DNA of 63,699 nt, filler included, from Octopus bimaculoides (taxonomy: Eukaryota): assembly GCF_001194135.2 (NCBI RefSeq). It is 7 parts of 7 records of this genome, joined end to end, with 100 filler letters (N's around TTAATTAATTAA, not from the genome) between each part and the next. Parts side by side here need not be neighbours in the genome. Positions count along the whole stretch, not along the records: positions 1 to 17,085 come from NC_068981.1; positions 17,186 to 20,521 come from NC_069002.1; positions 20,622 to 33,455 come from NC_068985.1; 4 more parts are not named here. One strand, given 5' to 3'. Of the stretch, positions 13,516-25,799 are shown piece after piece. Both the position numbers and the translations under genes were made by a program. How positions within the stretch are numbered: position 1 is the first letter of the stretch; every line of letters starts with the position of its first letter. The notes beneath the pieces are model-generated. The model saw only the letters and a program-made list of their open reading frames with translations, was not told the DNA's origin and did not search any database.

Positions 13516-15283
13516 AGATGAGGTGGAAAAGCTGATGGAGTTTCTTAGTCAAGGTCCTGCCACCCTCTTTATAGATCTCAGCTGGAATAGAGTCTGAGCC
13601 GGGCGCTTTCCCGGTGGACAACAGGCAGATTGCTTTCTCAATCTCTTCGAGGGTTGGGAGTTCATTCATTTCCTTGTTTACAGTAATTTGGGGGAGGTGG
13701 TCAATGGCCTCATCATTGATGGTAGAGGGACGGTTTAGTACACTTTTAAAATGCTCTGCCCACCTTCCCAGGATCATGTCTTTGTCGGTGAGGAGAGTGG
13801 ATCTATCCACACCAAGGAGAGGTGATGATCCAGATGAGGTTGGACCATAAATTTCCTTAAGACCATCATAAAAGTTTTTCATGTCGTTCCTATCTGTGTA
13901 GCCTTGAATCTCTTCTGCTTTCTTGCTTAGCGAGGAATCATGTATCTGTCTGAGATTCATCTGAATGTTGCTACACAAACTTTTCTATGTGTCCTTTTTT
14001 GGTTTGGAGGATGGATCTTCAATATGGGCTTTGTACGCAGAACGCTTTTCTTCTAGCAACTGAGTAATCTGTGCTGTTTTCATCAAACCAGTCTTTGTGT
14101 TTCCTGGAGATTGGCCCAAGGCACTCCATAGCTGTGTTGTACACGGTCTTGCGGATTGCTTCCCATGCTGCTTCCATGTCTTGACTGCCTATCGCAATAG
14201 GTTCAAGGCGTTCTGCCAAAGTTTCAGAGAAAGATTTCTGGATAGTTTCTGTTTTCAGCTTGTTGACATTCAGTCATTTTGGTGCTTTCTTTCCTTGGGG
14301 TCTTCTCTTTGGTTGGATATGCAGATTGAGCTTAGCAACTATGAGGTGGTGGTCTGTCCAGCACTCAGCTCCACACATGGCCCTAGTGATACGTATGTCC
14401 CGCCTGTCCCTTTTCCTGATGATGACATAGTCAATTAGATGCCAGTGTTTCAAGCGAGGATGCATCTATGAGGTCCTGTTGCGGATAGGGAGACGAAACA
14501 CAGTGTTTGTTATCAGCAGGTTATGCTCAGAGCAGGTTTGGAGGAGGAGAAGGCCATTACTATTGCATTTTCCAACACCATGCTTTCCTATCACACCTTT
14601 CCAGGTGGCACTGTCACAGCCTACTCTTGCGTTAATGTCACCAAGGATGATGAGCTTGTCTGAATTTGGTGTTGCACTTATGACGGTGTTCAAGTCTTCA
14701 TAGGACTTATCTTTGACCTCATCGGGGTTTGTCATGGTAGGGGCGTAAGCACTGACAAGGGTGGAGGACTTCTTCCCATTGGAGAGAGGGAGTCTCAGTG
14801 TCATTAGTCAGTCATTCAATCCTTTTGGGGGTCCAGCCAGTTTGCTCACAAGCGCATTTTTCACTGTAAAACCAATTCCAGCCTCACGTCTCTCCTCAGG
14901 TCCTCTGCCACTCCAAAAGAAGGTGTAACCTTGACCTCTTTCACTAAGTTCACCTTCACCTGCNNNNNNNNNNNNNNNNNNNNNNNNNNNNNNNNNNNNN
15001 NNNNNNNNNNNNNNNNNNNGCAACAATGTCAATGTTGTACCTGGCAAGTTCGCTTGCAATGAGTGCAGTGCGTCTTTGTGGTCTGTCTGAGTCATTTCTG
15101 TCCAAGAGTGTAACGAACGTTCCACGTCACAATCTTGATAGGTATCTTTGTTTTTCGACCGCATTAGTAGGGTCCCCGCTGACCACGGTAAGCCAGCCAG
15201 GGTATAGTAGTGGAGCAGGCAGATTTTGGGGCACCTTTTCTAGCCCGTTCCCCATGCCACGGGGGTGAGTAGTGCTGTCCTAA
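13516..15283 (-). mobile_element. RTE-clade LINE, 5' half (5' UTR, APE endonuclease, start of RT)
   Basis: TWNVRTL.., GYTFFWSG, STLVSAYAPT, KLIILGDINARVG, HPR.KHWHLIDYVI, KAPGSDSIPAEIYK. Frameshifts and stops present. Confidence 0.95.
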
Positions 15284-16404
15284 AGAGATGCTGATGTGGA
15301 CATTGGAATCAGGTACAGATTTGATGGATCAGTTTTCAACCTCAGGAGGGTACGAGCAAAATACAAGGTTACAACAGACACTATCAATGACTTCCTGTTT
15401 GCTGATGACTGTGCCCTAAAAGCTACCTCTGAGGCGGACATGCAACGCAATGCAGGCATATTCTCGGAAGCCTGTGACAACTTTGGTTTCATAATCAGTA
15501 TCAAGAAGACCGAGGTGATGCACCGACCCGCTCCAGGAAAACCATATGTAGAACCCAACAATTCTATCAACGGGCAAAGACTCAATGCGGTTGACAAATT
15601 CATCTACCTTGGCAGTACGCTTTCCCGCAATGTAGTCATTGACGATGAGATCAGCACCAGACTCGCCAAAGCAAATGCTGCCTTTGGTAGACTCCACAAG
15701 AATGTATGGGAGAGAAGAGGCATCACCTCCATGACAAAGATCAAGGTCTAGAAAGCTGTCATACTCATCACCCTACTATATGGATGTGAGTCGTGGACCG
15801 TCTATCAACGCCACGCCAAAAAGCTAAATCACTTCCACACCACCGGGCTGAGGAAACTACTTCGCATAAGCTGGCAGGAAAGGATACCAGACACAGAAGT
15901 CCTCACTTGTGCCAGGCTCCCAAGCATCCCTACCATCCTGATGAAAACACAGCTTCACTGGGCTGGTCATGTAGCCGGCAAGCCAGACTACAGAATACCC
16001 AAGAAGCTTCTGTTTGGTGAGCTCCAGCATGGCAAGCACTCCCATGGTGGCCAGAGGAAAAGGTTTAAAGACAGCCTAAAGGTATCACTGAAGGCCTTCA
16101 ACATTGACCCGTCATCATGGGAGCAGACAGCTTTAGATAGGACCAAGTGGTGGGCCGCTGTTCACAACGGTACCCGCCAATATGAAAGTGACAGGAAAGC
16201 TGCTGCAGAGAAGCGCAGGCAGAACAGAAAGAACAATGCTTTGAAGCCCCCGGCACCTGCTACCATTCCCTGTCTCTACTGCAGCAGATCTTTTCAAGTG
16301 CGGATTGGGCTTATCAGCCATCTCCGCACTCACTGATGATGACCTCCCCACCCCCCTCTAGGATGATCAGATGGTCCTCGTCGTTCCGACGGACGAACAA
16401 CAAC
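15284..16404 (+). mobile_element. RTE-clade LINE, 3' half (RT C-terminus, C-terminal zinc finger, 3' UTR, CAA tail)
   Basis: DIGIRYRFDGSVFNLRR..FLFADDCAL..YLGS, LLYGCESWT, QLHWAGHV..RIPKKLLFGEL, CLYCSRSF..RIGLISHLRTH*. Ends ggacgaacaacaac. Confidence 0.95.
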
Positions 16405-16483
16405 ATATATTACATAAATATTACATATATATGTAATATATATATATATTTTACATAAATATTATATATGTAGATATATAGTA

Positions 16484-16830
16484 GATCATGAATTTCTGCT
16501 GTTCTATCTGAGAACCAATCTCTGGATTTATGAGATTTAAACCCCACTGACGAATTTGCAGCCTGAAATACTTTTGTTTTGAAATCTTCCCATAGATTGT
16601 TTGGGTCAAGATTAATACTTTCTATAGCGTCATGGAATCTTTGCAAGTTGCTTGATAATTTAAAGTTTTTAGGTCAGTTTTTAGGTTTTATCGAAAAATC
16701 TATTTTGCCATGCAGTAGATGATGGTCAGTCCAGCTCTCTGCTCCTCTCATATCACATTTCCTAATCAAAATATAATCTATGAGATGCCAGTGCTTAGAT
16801 CTGAAGTATTAACAGTAACTGCACGATAAA
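16484..16830 (-). mobile_element. older RTE LINE fragment (endonuclease end/linker)
   Basis: RSKHWHLIDYILIRKC..AESWTDHHLL..LWEDFKTKVFQAANSSVGFKSHKSRDWF. Confidence 0.75.
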
Positions 16831-17034
16831 GTGTAGTATATTGCCACTTTAGTGTGGCTGACCCCTAGGGGTGGATGTTACTGTTGCTTTTAGCCCCAGG
16901 AGTTACTGTTAATACTTCATTTAGAGAATTAACATTACTTGTTTTCACCTTTTCGATATCAGTGAAGAATTTCACTGGAAAAGTAGATATAAGATTGCCA
17001 GGATTTTGTCTCTCTCACCAAGGTCAGTGGCTGT

Positions 17035-17079
17035 CGAACGCCGACGAAGGGAAATAACGCTGAAATCCGGATCCGTTCG
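17035..17079 (+). ncRNA. minimal type-I hammerhead ribozyme
   Basis: cgaacg-CCGACGA-aggg aaataa cgct-GAAA-t-ccgg-a-TC-cgttcg. Perfect 6-bp stem I, palindromic ATCCGGAT; predicted cut after C17073. Confidence 0.7.
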
Positions 17080-17085
17080 TGCTAC

Positions 17086-17185
17086 NNNNNNNNNNNNNNN
17101 NNNNNNNNNNNNNNNNNNNNNNNNNNNNNTTAATTAATTAANNNNNNNNNNNNNNNNNNNNNNNNNNNNNNNNNNNNNNNNNNNN
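17086..17185. other. artificial scaffold join (N44-TTAATTAATTAA-N44)
   Basis: Exact 100-bp spacer, repeated six times in the window. Confidence 0.95.
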
Positions 17186-17588
17186 TCATTTTCGTCAAAT
17201 TATTTTCCCCCAAGGCACCAGCGAATAGCAGTAAAAATAAATCTTCAACCCTAACCCTAACAATTTTCACGGCGGAGAAACCCACCGTTGTTTACAAACA
17301 TGAGTTTAGTCCTCTTCTAGTGACGAATAAATTTTTGTTAAAACAATTTTTCTTTTTTTTTTCATTGAGGAAAAAGGATGTTTTGTCAATACACGGGCAA
17401 CACACACACACACACACACACACGTATGTACACCTATTGCATACATGTTTTTTGTACGCATACATGTTCATGTGCGTGTGTGTGTGACTGAAGTTATTTA
17501 CACTGTGTGTGTGTATGTAAGCATGTTTGTATGTATGCTTGTGTGTGTGCTTATGCACACACATTATAGTGGAAAGCAAACAACTTAC

Positions 17589-17737
17589 TTATCTGTGATG
17601 AGGAAGACATCTGATCGATCTTCTCGGCTGAGCGGTGCATGCGCCCAGTACATATCACTCTGCAGATATTGGCCTTTCCGAATACTTTGTAAGAGACGGA
17701 CTCCTATCGCTTGGTATGGCGAGTATGGTTTGAGACC
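17589..17737 (-). CDS. VPS13: VPS13(A/C)-like exon, start of C-terminal PH-like region
   Basis: cag/gtaagt sites, phase 0 to 2. GLKPYSPYQAIGVRLLQSIRKGQYLQSDMYWAHAPLSREDRSDVFLITD resembles VPS13A GVIRPY..G.QMLQ..ENG.F..Y..H...LMIT. Confidence 0.85.
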
Positions 17738-18495
17738 CTGAAGAGACAGAGTAAAAACAGAAATGGTTTTGGAACAAGGAAATAACTAATATTTTAAAAG
17801 ACAACAATAGCAACAGCTACAACAAAATACAGATAGTTCGTAGGTAAATGGATAAAAAAAAATGAATGCCTCATGTTCTGATTGTTACAATTCAGCTCTA
17901 GGGAGGGAGGGGGGATTAGCAGAGTTGTTCGAGCATTGGGAAAATGCTATGTGCTATTTGTTGTTGCTCTTTCCATTCTTAGTTCAAATTCCACCAAGCA
18001 ATTTTACCTTTCATCCTTTTGACAGTGATAAAATACAGTACCAGCCATGTACTGGGGTCAATATTATCAACGAACTCCTCTCTCCTTCAAAAAAAAAAAC
18101 TGTTCACATCTAGTAAGCATTATAAAATGAAATTGGAACAAGTTCTTGATTAGAAATTTTAATTTTGTCAACCCTGGAAGGATGAATGTTAACGTCAACC
18201 TTGGTGGGGTTTGAACTCAGAATGTGAAGGGTCATAACTTACACAAATAATACGTCAAGCTATTTTGTTGAATGCTCTAATGATTCTGTCAATCTCAGTT
18301 ACTTGACAAAACTGGAGGGCCCTGATATGATAAGTGAAAAAAAAAAATAAAATAAAAATAAATAAACACTTCAAAGTAGTGCTCCAGTATGGCTGCAGTC
18401 TAATGACTGAAACAAGGAGTTTATGTAGCTTAGTGTTTCTTTACTTAGAGATGGCAGAAGCAGTAGAAAAATGTTCATAGTGTGTTGTGACTTAC

Positions 18496-18562
18496 CAAAG
18501 AGGGATTAATAAAGCGAGGCAGCCTTGTCCTGGCCACAATTCCACCTTCTAATTCGGCAGCT
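18496..18562 (-). CDS. VPS13: VPS13(A/C)-like exon
   Basis: cag/gtaag sites, phase 2 to 0. (R)AAELEGGIVARTRLPRFINPSL matches the RAAE..RPPR motif. Confidence 0.9.
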
Positions 18563-18903
18563 CTGTGAAAATGGAAGAGAAAAAATAGTCAATGTCCATT
18601 AACATCTTCAGAGAATTCTTTTAAACAATTTACTGGATATGCATTATACAAAGTTGTTACATAAGCTTTATTTGTATACTGATGTTATACAATGACATCC
18701 TAGTTCACCTTAGTTACAATGAGTTGTTCTGACCAATTACAGCTTAGGAATATGTAATCAAGACCAGATTAAGACCTACAGAAACCACCACCATCATCAT
18801 CATCATTTAATGCCTGTCTTCCATGCTGACATGGGTTGGATGGTTTGACAAGAGCTGGTCAGCTAGAGGACTGCACCAAGCTCCACTGTCTGTTTAGACA
18901 AGG

Positions 18904-18961
<58 letters not shown>

Positions 18962-19772
18962 TACACTCATGTAGTAAGATTTATTTCTCTTGTTTGTTCT
19001 ATCAAGTAGACAGATAGACAAACAATGGAAAACCCAACAGACAAAATCAACCGGCAGATGTATTATACCTATGAATGTAGATGCCAAATTCTGTGTCCTT
19101 GGCTGAGGTAGTAGAATAAGGGGGAAAATGCACCAGAACACAAAGAAGACATATGCACTTTAAAGACTTTAGTACCCCCATGTATATCTAATTCAAAATA
19201 TAAACAATAATAAACCATAAAATAAATTTTTATTTTTCAAAATAAAACAAATCTAACAAAATAAGATGGATAATAATGTTTATTATTATTCTACTTTATT
19301 TATATTTGAAAAGTTTTCTCTTACTTTTATTAATTGCAACATCTTTGATCAGATTTTCAAAATTAATCTTATGTGACGAGATAAAGGCATCCCAAATATT
19401 ATTTTAAGCAAGTTTGAAGTGATTTCTTTTGTGCCATTTATCATTTCTGTGGTTCCCCCCTCTTCCCTTGAGGCCCTAAGCACATGCTTATTTTGCATGA
19501 TGGATAATCCAGCATTGTATGTGATGCTTATTTTTCTACAAAACCACCTGAAAAACCTATTCTGTTCTCTCTCTTTCTAACATAATGTCATTCATCAAAT
19601 GAGAGAGCAAAACTTTATATTGTTGTAACAATCAAGTATTAGGTATAATTTTGCACAAATCATTTTGTCTGAAACTTTAAGCTACAAATTTTGATTTTAC
19701 CAAAGTTCTATTACAATGTTACATAAATGAATAATCCACTAAATAGAAATTTTGAAAAAAAGTTCTGATTAC

Positions 19773-19896
19773 CTTCTAAGTCCATCAAATGCCATACTGA
19801 CCATATCTATGGCCCCTGCAGCAGGTTTTGTCAGCAAACCCATAATACCTTTGCCAATTCCTTTGAAGAATCCTTCTACACCATCCTCATGTGCAC
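19773..19896 (-). CDS. VPS13: VPS13(A/C)-like exon (ATG2_C-like amphipathic region)
   Basis: ag/gtaat sites, phase 1 to 2. GAHEDGVEGFFKGIGKGIMGLLTKPAAGAIDMVSMAFDGLR. Confidence 0.95.
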
Positions 19897-20096
19897 CTTT
19901 ATGAAAAATTCAAAATAATACTTTCTTCAGGGAATTAAACAAAACAAGGTACAAAGACAGGGTCTCTTTTTACTTCTTAGCTTTCCATTTATTTCAAACA
20001 TTCTGGTGTCAACATACTTTAGACCAGATGGACATATAGCAAATAACAACAAAAATGGAATTTTATTCAGCAGATGAAACCAGTATCATTCCTTAC

Positions 20097-20220
20097 CTTT
20101 TACTGGATCTAGAATAATTCCAGAAAGTCCAAGAGCAACTCCATTAATAAAACCTCTGGTTCCAATTGCAAGAGTTTCTGGTAGACTTTCTGGTTGCTGC
20201 ATCACACGAGTCCGACGCTT
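20097..20220 (-). CDS. VPS13: VPS13(A/C)-like exon
   Basis: tag/gtaag sites, phase 0 to 1. [41 protein letters not shown]; all four exons join in frame. Confidence 0.9.
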
Positions 20221-20323
20221 CTACAATTGCATGAATAACAGTCTTAGTTCAGTAGTCAAGGATACATACAACTACATACTCTTTCTCTCTCTCTCTCTCT
20301 CATGCGTATGTGTGTATACATAC

Positions 20324-20354
<31 letters not shown>

Positions 20355-20357
20355 CAC

Positions 20358-20390
<33 letters not shown>

Positions 20391-20475
20391 TATATATACA
20401 CATATATATATATACACATATATATATATATATATACACATATATATATATATATATACACATATATATATACAC

Positions 20476-20506
<31 letters not shown>

Positions 20507-20521
20507 TATATATATATATAC

Positions 20522-20621
20522 NNNNNNNNNNNNNNNNNNNNNNNNNNNNNNNNNNNNNNNNNNNNTTAATTAATTAANNNNNNNNNNNNNNNNNNNNNNN
20601 NNNNNNNNNNNNNNNNNNNNN
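20522..20621. other. artificial scaffold join
   Basis: N44-TTAATTAATTAA-N44. Confidence 0.95.
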
Positions 20622-20820
20622 TTCAGCCATTTGTCTGTCTTTGCTTACACCTTCAGCCATTTGTCTGTCTTTGCTTACACCTTCAGCCATTTGTCTGTCT
20701 TTGCTTACACCTTCAGCCATTTGTCTGTCTTTGCTTACACCTTCAGCCATTTGTCTATCTTTGCTTACACCTTCAGCCATTTGTCTATCTTTGCTTACAC
20801 CTTCAGCCATTTGTCTATAT
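20622..20820. repeat. 30-bp minisatellite (ttcagccatttgtctgtctttgcttacacc) x ~6.6
   Basis: Near-identical tandem units running into the join. Confidence 0.97.
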
Positions 20821-20959
20821 CTATTCATTATTACCTCTGCCTTAGGGAAGGTGGAGGTATTGTTTTCAGTCATGTTTGTTTGTTCGTGGACAATATTTCT
20901 GCACATTAAAAGCTTTGATACTTGGTTGCTAATTATTGTGAGAGACATTCAACATCCAA

Positions 20960-21620
20960 GTACTAATCTTAATATTCTAGCTGTCCCCAGCAGAGCAGGG
21001 TTTTGGGCTTGCTCTGCTCTTATGTCAATTCCAATTTCTTGGACATATTTCTCAAACTTGGTTGTCAGTGCTCTGAGTGTCCCTATAACTACTGGAATGA
21101 CAGACACTCTCCCCATGGTCTACATTCTTGCAATTTCGTCTTTTAGTAGTCTGTGCTTTTCAATCTTTTCCACTTCTTTGTCACTTTCCAGGTATTGCAA
21201 TATCTATGATCTTGGTTTCCTTTTTTCCTTTATCTATTATAACAATATCTGGTCTCCGAGCCTCAATTAGGGAGTGACATTAGATTGTAAAATCCCACAG
21301 CGTCTCATGTTCCTTTTTCTTGTTAGCTCCTTCTGATTCATGTTCGTATCATTTCTGTGCTCTGTTCAGGCCGTACTACTCACATAGCCTCCAGTCAACG
21401 AACTTAGCCACATTTTTGTGCCTCCTTTTGTAGTGTTTTGGGACCAGCTTACTACTTTCATTTCTGCAGCTGCATACCCTACAAAGGAGCGATTTGCTAC
21501 TCTTATCTATTTGGAACTTGATATGATTAGTTCTCAGAGCTTGTTTCCGGGTGCTGCATATCAATGCTTCAGTGCATCCTTTTAGATCACTTTTTCTTAG
21601 CCATCTCCAACTGTTGATTT
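20960..21620 (-). mobile_element. R4/NeSL-type LINE 3' fragment with restriction-like endonuclease
   Basis: CRVC..KHYKRRHKNVAKFVDWRLC, LWDFTI*CHSLIEARRPDIVIIDK..IIDIAIP (PD-(D/E)xK REL motif). Many stops. Confidence 0.85.
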
Positions 21621-22329
21621 TGTCTTTTCCTTTAATTTCTTATTTCTTTATTGCCCATAAGGGGCTAAACACAGAGGTGACAAACGAGGACAGACAAAGG
21701 GATTAAGTCGATTACATGGACCCCAGTGCGTAACTGGTACTTAATTTATCGACCCCAAAAGGATGAAAGGCAAAGTCGACCTTGGCGAAATTTGAACTCA
21801 GAATGTAATGCCAGACAAAATACCACTATACATTTTGCCCTGCGTGCTAACGTTTCTGCCAGCTCACCGCCTTAATTTCTACAATTTCTCTGAGGTATTA
21901 CCCATGCAGTGGTTTCATTTTCCAGTTGTTTACTCTTTCTTCTTCTTATTATTATTACTATTATCATCACCAGCATGACCGCAGCCACTTGGCTGAAACA
22001 CATAAATAAATAAATAGGGTAGGGCAGGCAGAAACTGCAGAGTATTGGCTAAAATGCCTCTCAATATTTAATTGAACCTTTCTACATTCTGAATTTGAAT
22101 CCAACCACATTTTATTTTATTTTATTGATCGTTCCAAGATCAATAAAAATAATAGATAATGCATTTAGAATATATGTTGTATAATCTACTATGAATAAAA
22201 CAGTACCTCTAATGATAAACAGCTGCTGTGGGGCAGCTGATGATAGAGGTGTGTCAGGTTGGTATGGCTGTTATTGTATGTGTGGAATAGTTTTATAAGA
22301 TATCCATTTGATATATATCTTTTATCTTT

Positions 22330-22529
22330 GTTTAGTTCAGTCAACTGATTGTGGCCATGTTAGGGTACTGCTTTGAAGGGTTTTGGTCAACCTCAGGAGT
22401 TACTTATTCTGTCGGTCCCTTTTGCTGAACCATATAGTTACAGAGACATAAACGCACCAGCATCAGTTGTCAAGTGATGGGGGTGGGGTAGGGGTGGGGA
22501 AAAACACTAACACACAAATATATAGACAC

Positions 22530-22582
<53 letters not shown>

Positions 22583-22739
22583 NNNNNNNNNNNNNNNNNN
22601 NNNNNNNNNNNNNNNNNNNNNTCTGTCTACCAAATCCACTCAAGACTTTGGTTGGCTCAAGGCTATAGAAGACACTTGCCCAAAGTGCTCTGCTGTGGGA
22701 CTGAACCGGAAACCATGTGGTTGGGAAGCAAGCTTCTTA

Positions 22740-22745
<6 letters not shown>
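22330..22745 (-). mobile_element. abundant SINE copy (degenerate)
   Basis: Reverse-complement homology to the full copy at 31083-31505. Confidence 0.8.
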
Positions 22746-22784
<39 letters not shown>

Positions 22785-22869
22785 GAGAGAGAGGGAGAGA
22801 GAGAGAGAAATAATCTAGATAAGTTTCAACCAAATGTTGGTCCAAGCAATGTCTAAGTTAATATCACCA

Positions 22870-23150
22870 TCCGATAGGGTTATCTAAACCCTTTTTAAGT
22901 AAGGTTTTGTGGTATCATGGTCCATTTGAGTAGGCAGTTTTTGGTCGAGTGAGTTGTATCCAGGTATAGGTGAGTTATCTGGTATTCCTTGAAGAAATTT
23001 GTCCAGGTTCTGTTTGAAGGTGATGGGATCCTTTTTCTCTTTGATCTGTTAAATGTTAAATAGGGCAGGGCCTGTTCAGGAAAAGAAATTGTGTAGCAGT
23101 GTATTTATGTGTTGTGATCCTGAATTAGGTAGGGGATGAGGCTATTGTAG
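22870..23150 (-). mobile_element. CR1-like LINE 3' end
   Basis: HNFFS*TGPALFNI..DPITFKQNLDKFLQGIPD..PGY. Confidence 0.65.
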
Positions 23151-23668
23151 TAAATATTTGCCCAGGTCATGGAACCGAACCCAGAACCATGAGGTTGGGA
23201 AGCATGTTTAATACCACATGACCACAGGCATTTATTTACATTTGTCCAGAATAAACATTATGGCGATAGTAAAACTTTTTCTTGCTTTTGTTTTTTTTAT
23301 TATCCAACAGTTGAAGGTATGCCTATGTAGTTAAGAAATTTGCTTCCCAACCATGTATTTCTAGGTTCCGTCTCAAGCTACTGTCTTCTATTATAGACCT
23401 GGGCCAACCAAACTTTATAAATAAATTTGGGGTGGATGGAAGCTGAAACAAGTCAGCTGTGGGTGTGTTTTATATTTTCTTTCTATGAAAGTCACAAGCT
23501 GTGAGTAGAGCTGTTGTCATCATTCCTGCCAGCAAATCATCCACTTGCTTCATACTGCCAAAATGGTGTGAAATAAAAGATGCCTTACTTAAAAAACAAA
23601 GAGGGGACTACAAAAAGGGCATCCAACAGTAAAACAATGCCTCAATAATATTTTCTGATCAATGCTAA

Positions 23669-24225
23669 CATCATCATCATCATCATCGTTTAACATCCGC
23701 TTTCCATGCTAGCATGGGTTGGACGATTTGACTGAGGACTGGTGAAACCGGATGGCAACACCAGGCTCCAATCTAATTTGGCAGAGTTTCTACAGCTGGA
23801 TGCCCTTCCTAACGCCAACCACTCAGAGAGTGTAGTGGGTGCTTTTACGTGTCACCCGCACGAAAACGGCCACACTCGAAATGGTGCCTTTTATGTGCCA
23901 CCCGCACAAGAGCCAGTCCAGGGGCACTGGCAACGATCTCGCTCGAAAACCCTACAAGGCCAGTCAGGCGGTACTGGCAACGGTCACGCTCAAGATCGTA
24001 CATCTTATGTGCCACCTGCACAAGAGCCATTCCAGGGGCCCTGGCAACGATCTCACTTGGCTTGCCGGGTCTTCTCACGCACAGCACATTTCCAAAGGTC
24101 TCGGTCAGTAGTCATCGCCTCGGTGAGGCCCAATGTTCGAAGGTCTTGCCTCACCGCCTCAGCCCAGGTCTTCCTGGGCCTACCTCTTCCACGGGTTCCC
24201 TCAACTGTTAGGGAGTGGCACTTTT
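23669..24225 (-). mobile_element. 5'-truncated RTE LINE: last codons, 3' UTR and (GAT)n tail
   Basis: VEGTRGRGRPRKTWAEAVRQDL..DRDLWKCAVREKTRQAK*; tail homologous to 50505-51095 and 36268-36600. Confidence 0.9.
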
Positions 24226-24845
24226 TCAAGCAGAAAAACAAATGCAAAACACACACAACCAATCCCTCACTACACATTCCAGAACATAACTTAGATGATT
24301 GTAGCCTCCCACAAATGTTAGAAACACTTATTGTTACTGACAATCATAATTCAACAATGCCAATCATGTCTTTCACACAAATATTCAATATCCATTCAAC
24401 TATTCACAAAGTGTGAGATGGAGGCTTTACATGACTAGATTATAGATTAGAAAAAGTATGTCAGATTCATTGGCTTGAAAGATCAATTATGCAAAAAATA
24501 AACAAGATATTTTGTTTGACTTTAAACACAAAAATCAAATGTCATTTGAGAAACAATGAAAGATAAGACACATATCTTATTACAGGACACCTATATTTAA
24601 TTACATTCTTTGCTGACTTCTGGGTGTGTTGACAAATTGTATTTATTACAGTTTTATATCAGGCTGAGGAAAAAGTTTGTGCACCATGTTAATGCTTTTT
24701 TATATATTTTTGTGGTGTGTGTAGTCATTCAGTTCATTATTTTAAAATGGCAGACAACTAGTTCAGACAGTAAGTTTGTATACATATAGAGAGGGAAGTT
24801 TAAATTCTTTTTCTCCTCTTTGCCAGATACAATGTAGATACTTCA

Positions 24846-25235
24846 GTTGTTGTTGTTGGCATTCCGTCGGTTACGACGTCGAGGGTTCCTGTTGATCCGA
24901 TCAACGGAACAACCTGCTCGTGAAATTAACGTGCAAGTGGCTGAGCACTCCACAGACATGTGTACCCTTAACATGGTTCTTGGGGAGATTCAGCGTGACA
25001 CAGTGTGATAAGGCTGACCCTTTGAATTACAAGCACAACAGAAACAGGAAGAAAGAGTGAGAGAAAGTTGTGGCGAAAGAGTACAGCAGGGGTCGCCACC
25101 ATCCCCTGCCGGAGCCTCGTGGAGCTTTAGGTGTTTTCGCTCAATAAACACTCACAATGCCCGGTCTGGGAATTGAAACCGCGACCCTATGACTGCGAGT
25201 CCGCTACCCTAACCACTGGGCCATTGCGCCTCCAC
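24846..25235 (-). mobile_element. tRNA-derived SINE, apparently full length
   Basis: A box TGGCCCAGTGGTTAGG, B box GGTTTCAATTCC, (CAA)n tail. Confidence 0.85.
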
Positions 25236-25799
25236 ATACTTCAGTAGCCTCTACATTATTGACAACAACAATTATTATTACATCATTTACCAGTTATTTT
25301 CTTATCAAATATTCAGTATTTTCATAGAATGGTGCCTGTATGTAGTTGGTCAACTTGATAGAAATAACAGACAAACCTCCTCCAAATAACAAGCTATCAG
25401 CTTCTTAAATATGGAAATGAGCCTATTATGGAATCTCTATGTGGCTACTGGACTTGCTAGAAATACTAGTCAAATCATTGTCAAATCATACCTTACATTG
25501 CAAAAGACACTCAACATGAACTTCTTTAGTGTTTAGCAAATACTTCATGGTGTTATATTCAAAGTACTTCAGTGACTTGGATGTAGATCCTCAAATTGGC
25601 AGTTTGCTGTCAACAACTGTTCATTTGATCAGATAAATTAGGAGTAACAGACATGCTGACATCATTAATTTTTAGATCAATCAGCTGGTGTCAACACATA
25701 GGCCTACGTCCTCACCATTCAAATCAATTAGTGATTCAGATCAATGTTATATTAATTAGCACAATAATTTTTAAAAAGTGATATAAAGGAGCTTACTAT

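Noticed and set aside
20622-20820. CRISPR-like regular repeats
   Set aside because: No spacers; contiguous tandem units in eukaryotic DNA.
23742-24416. 224-aa plus-strand ORF
   Set aside because: Antisense of an RTE 3' end and UTR.
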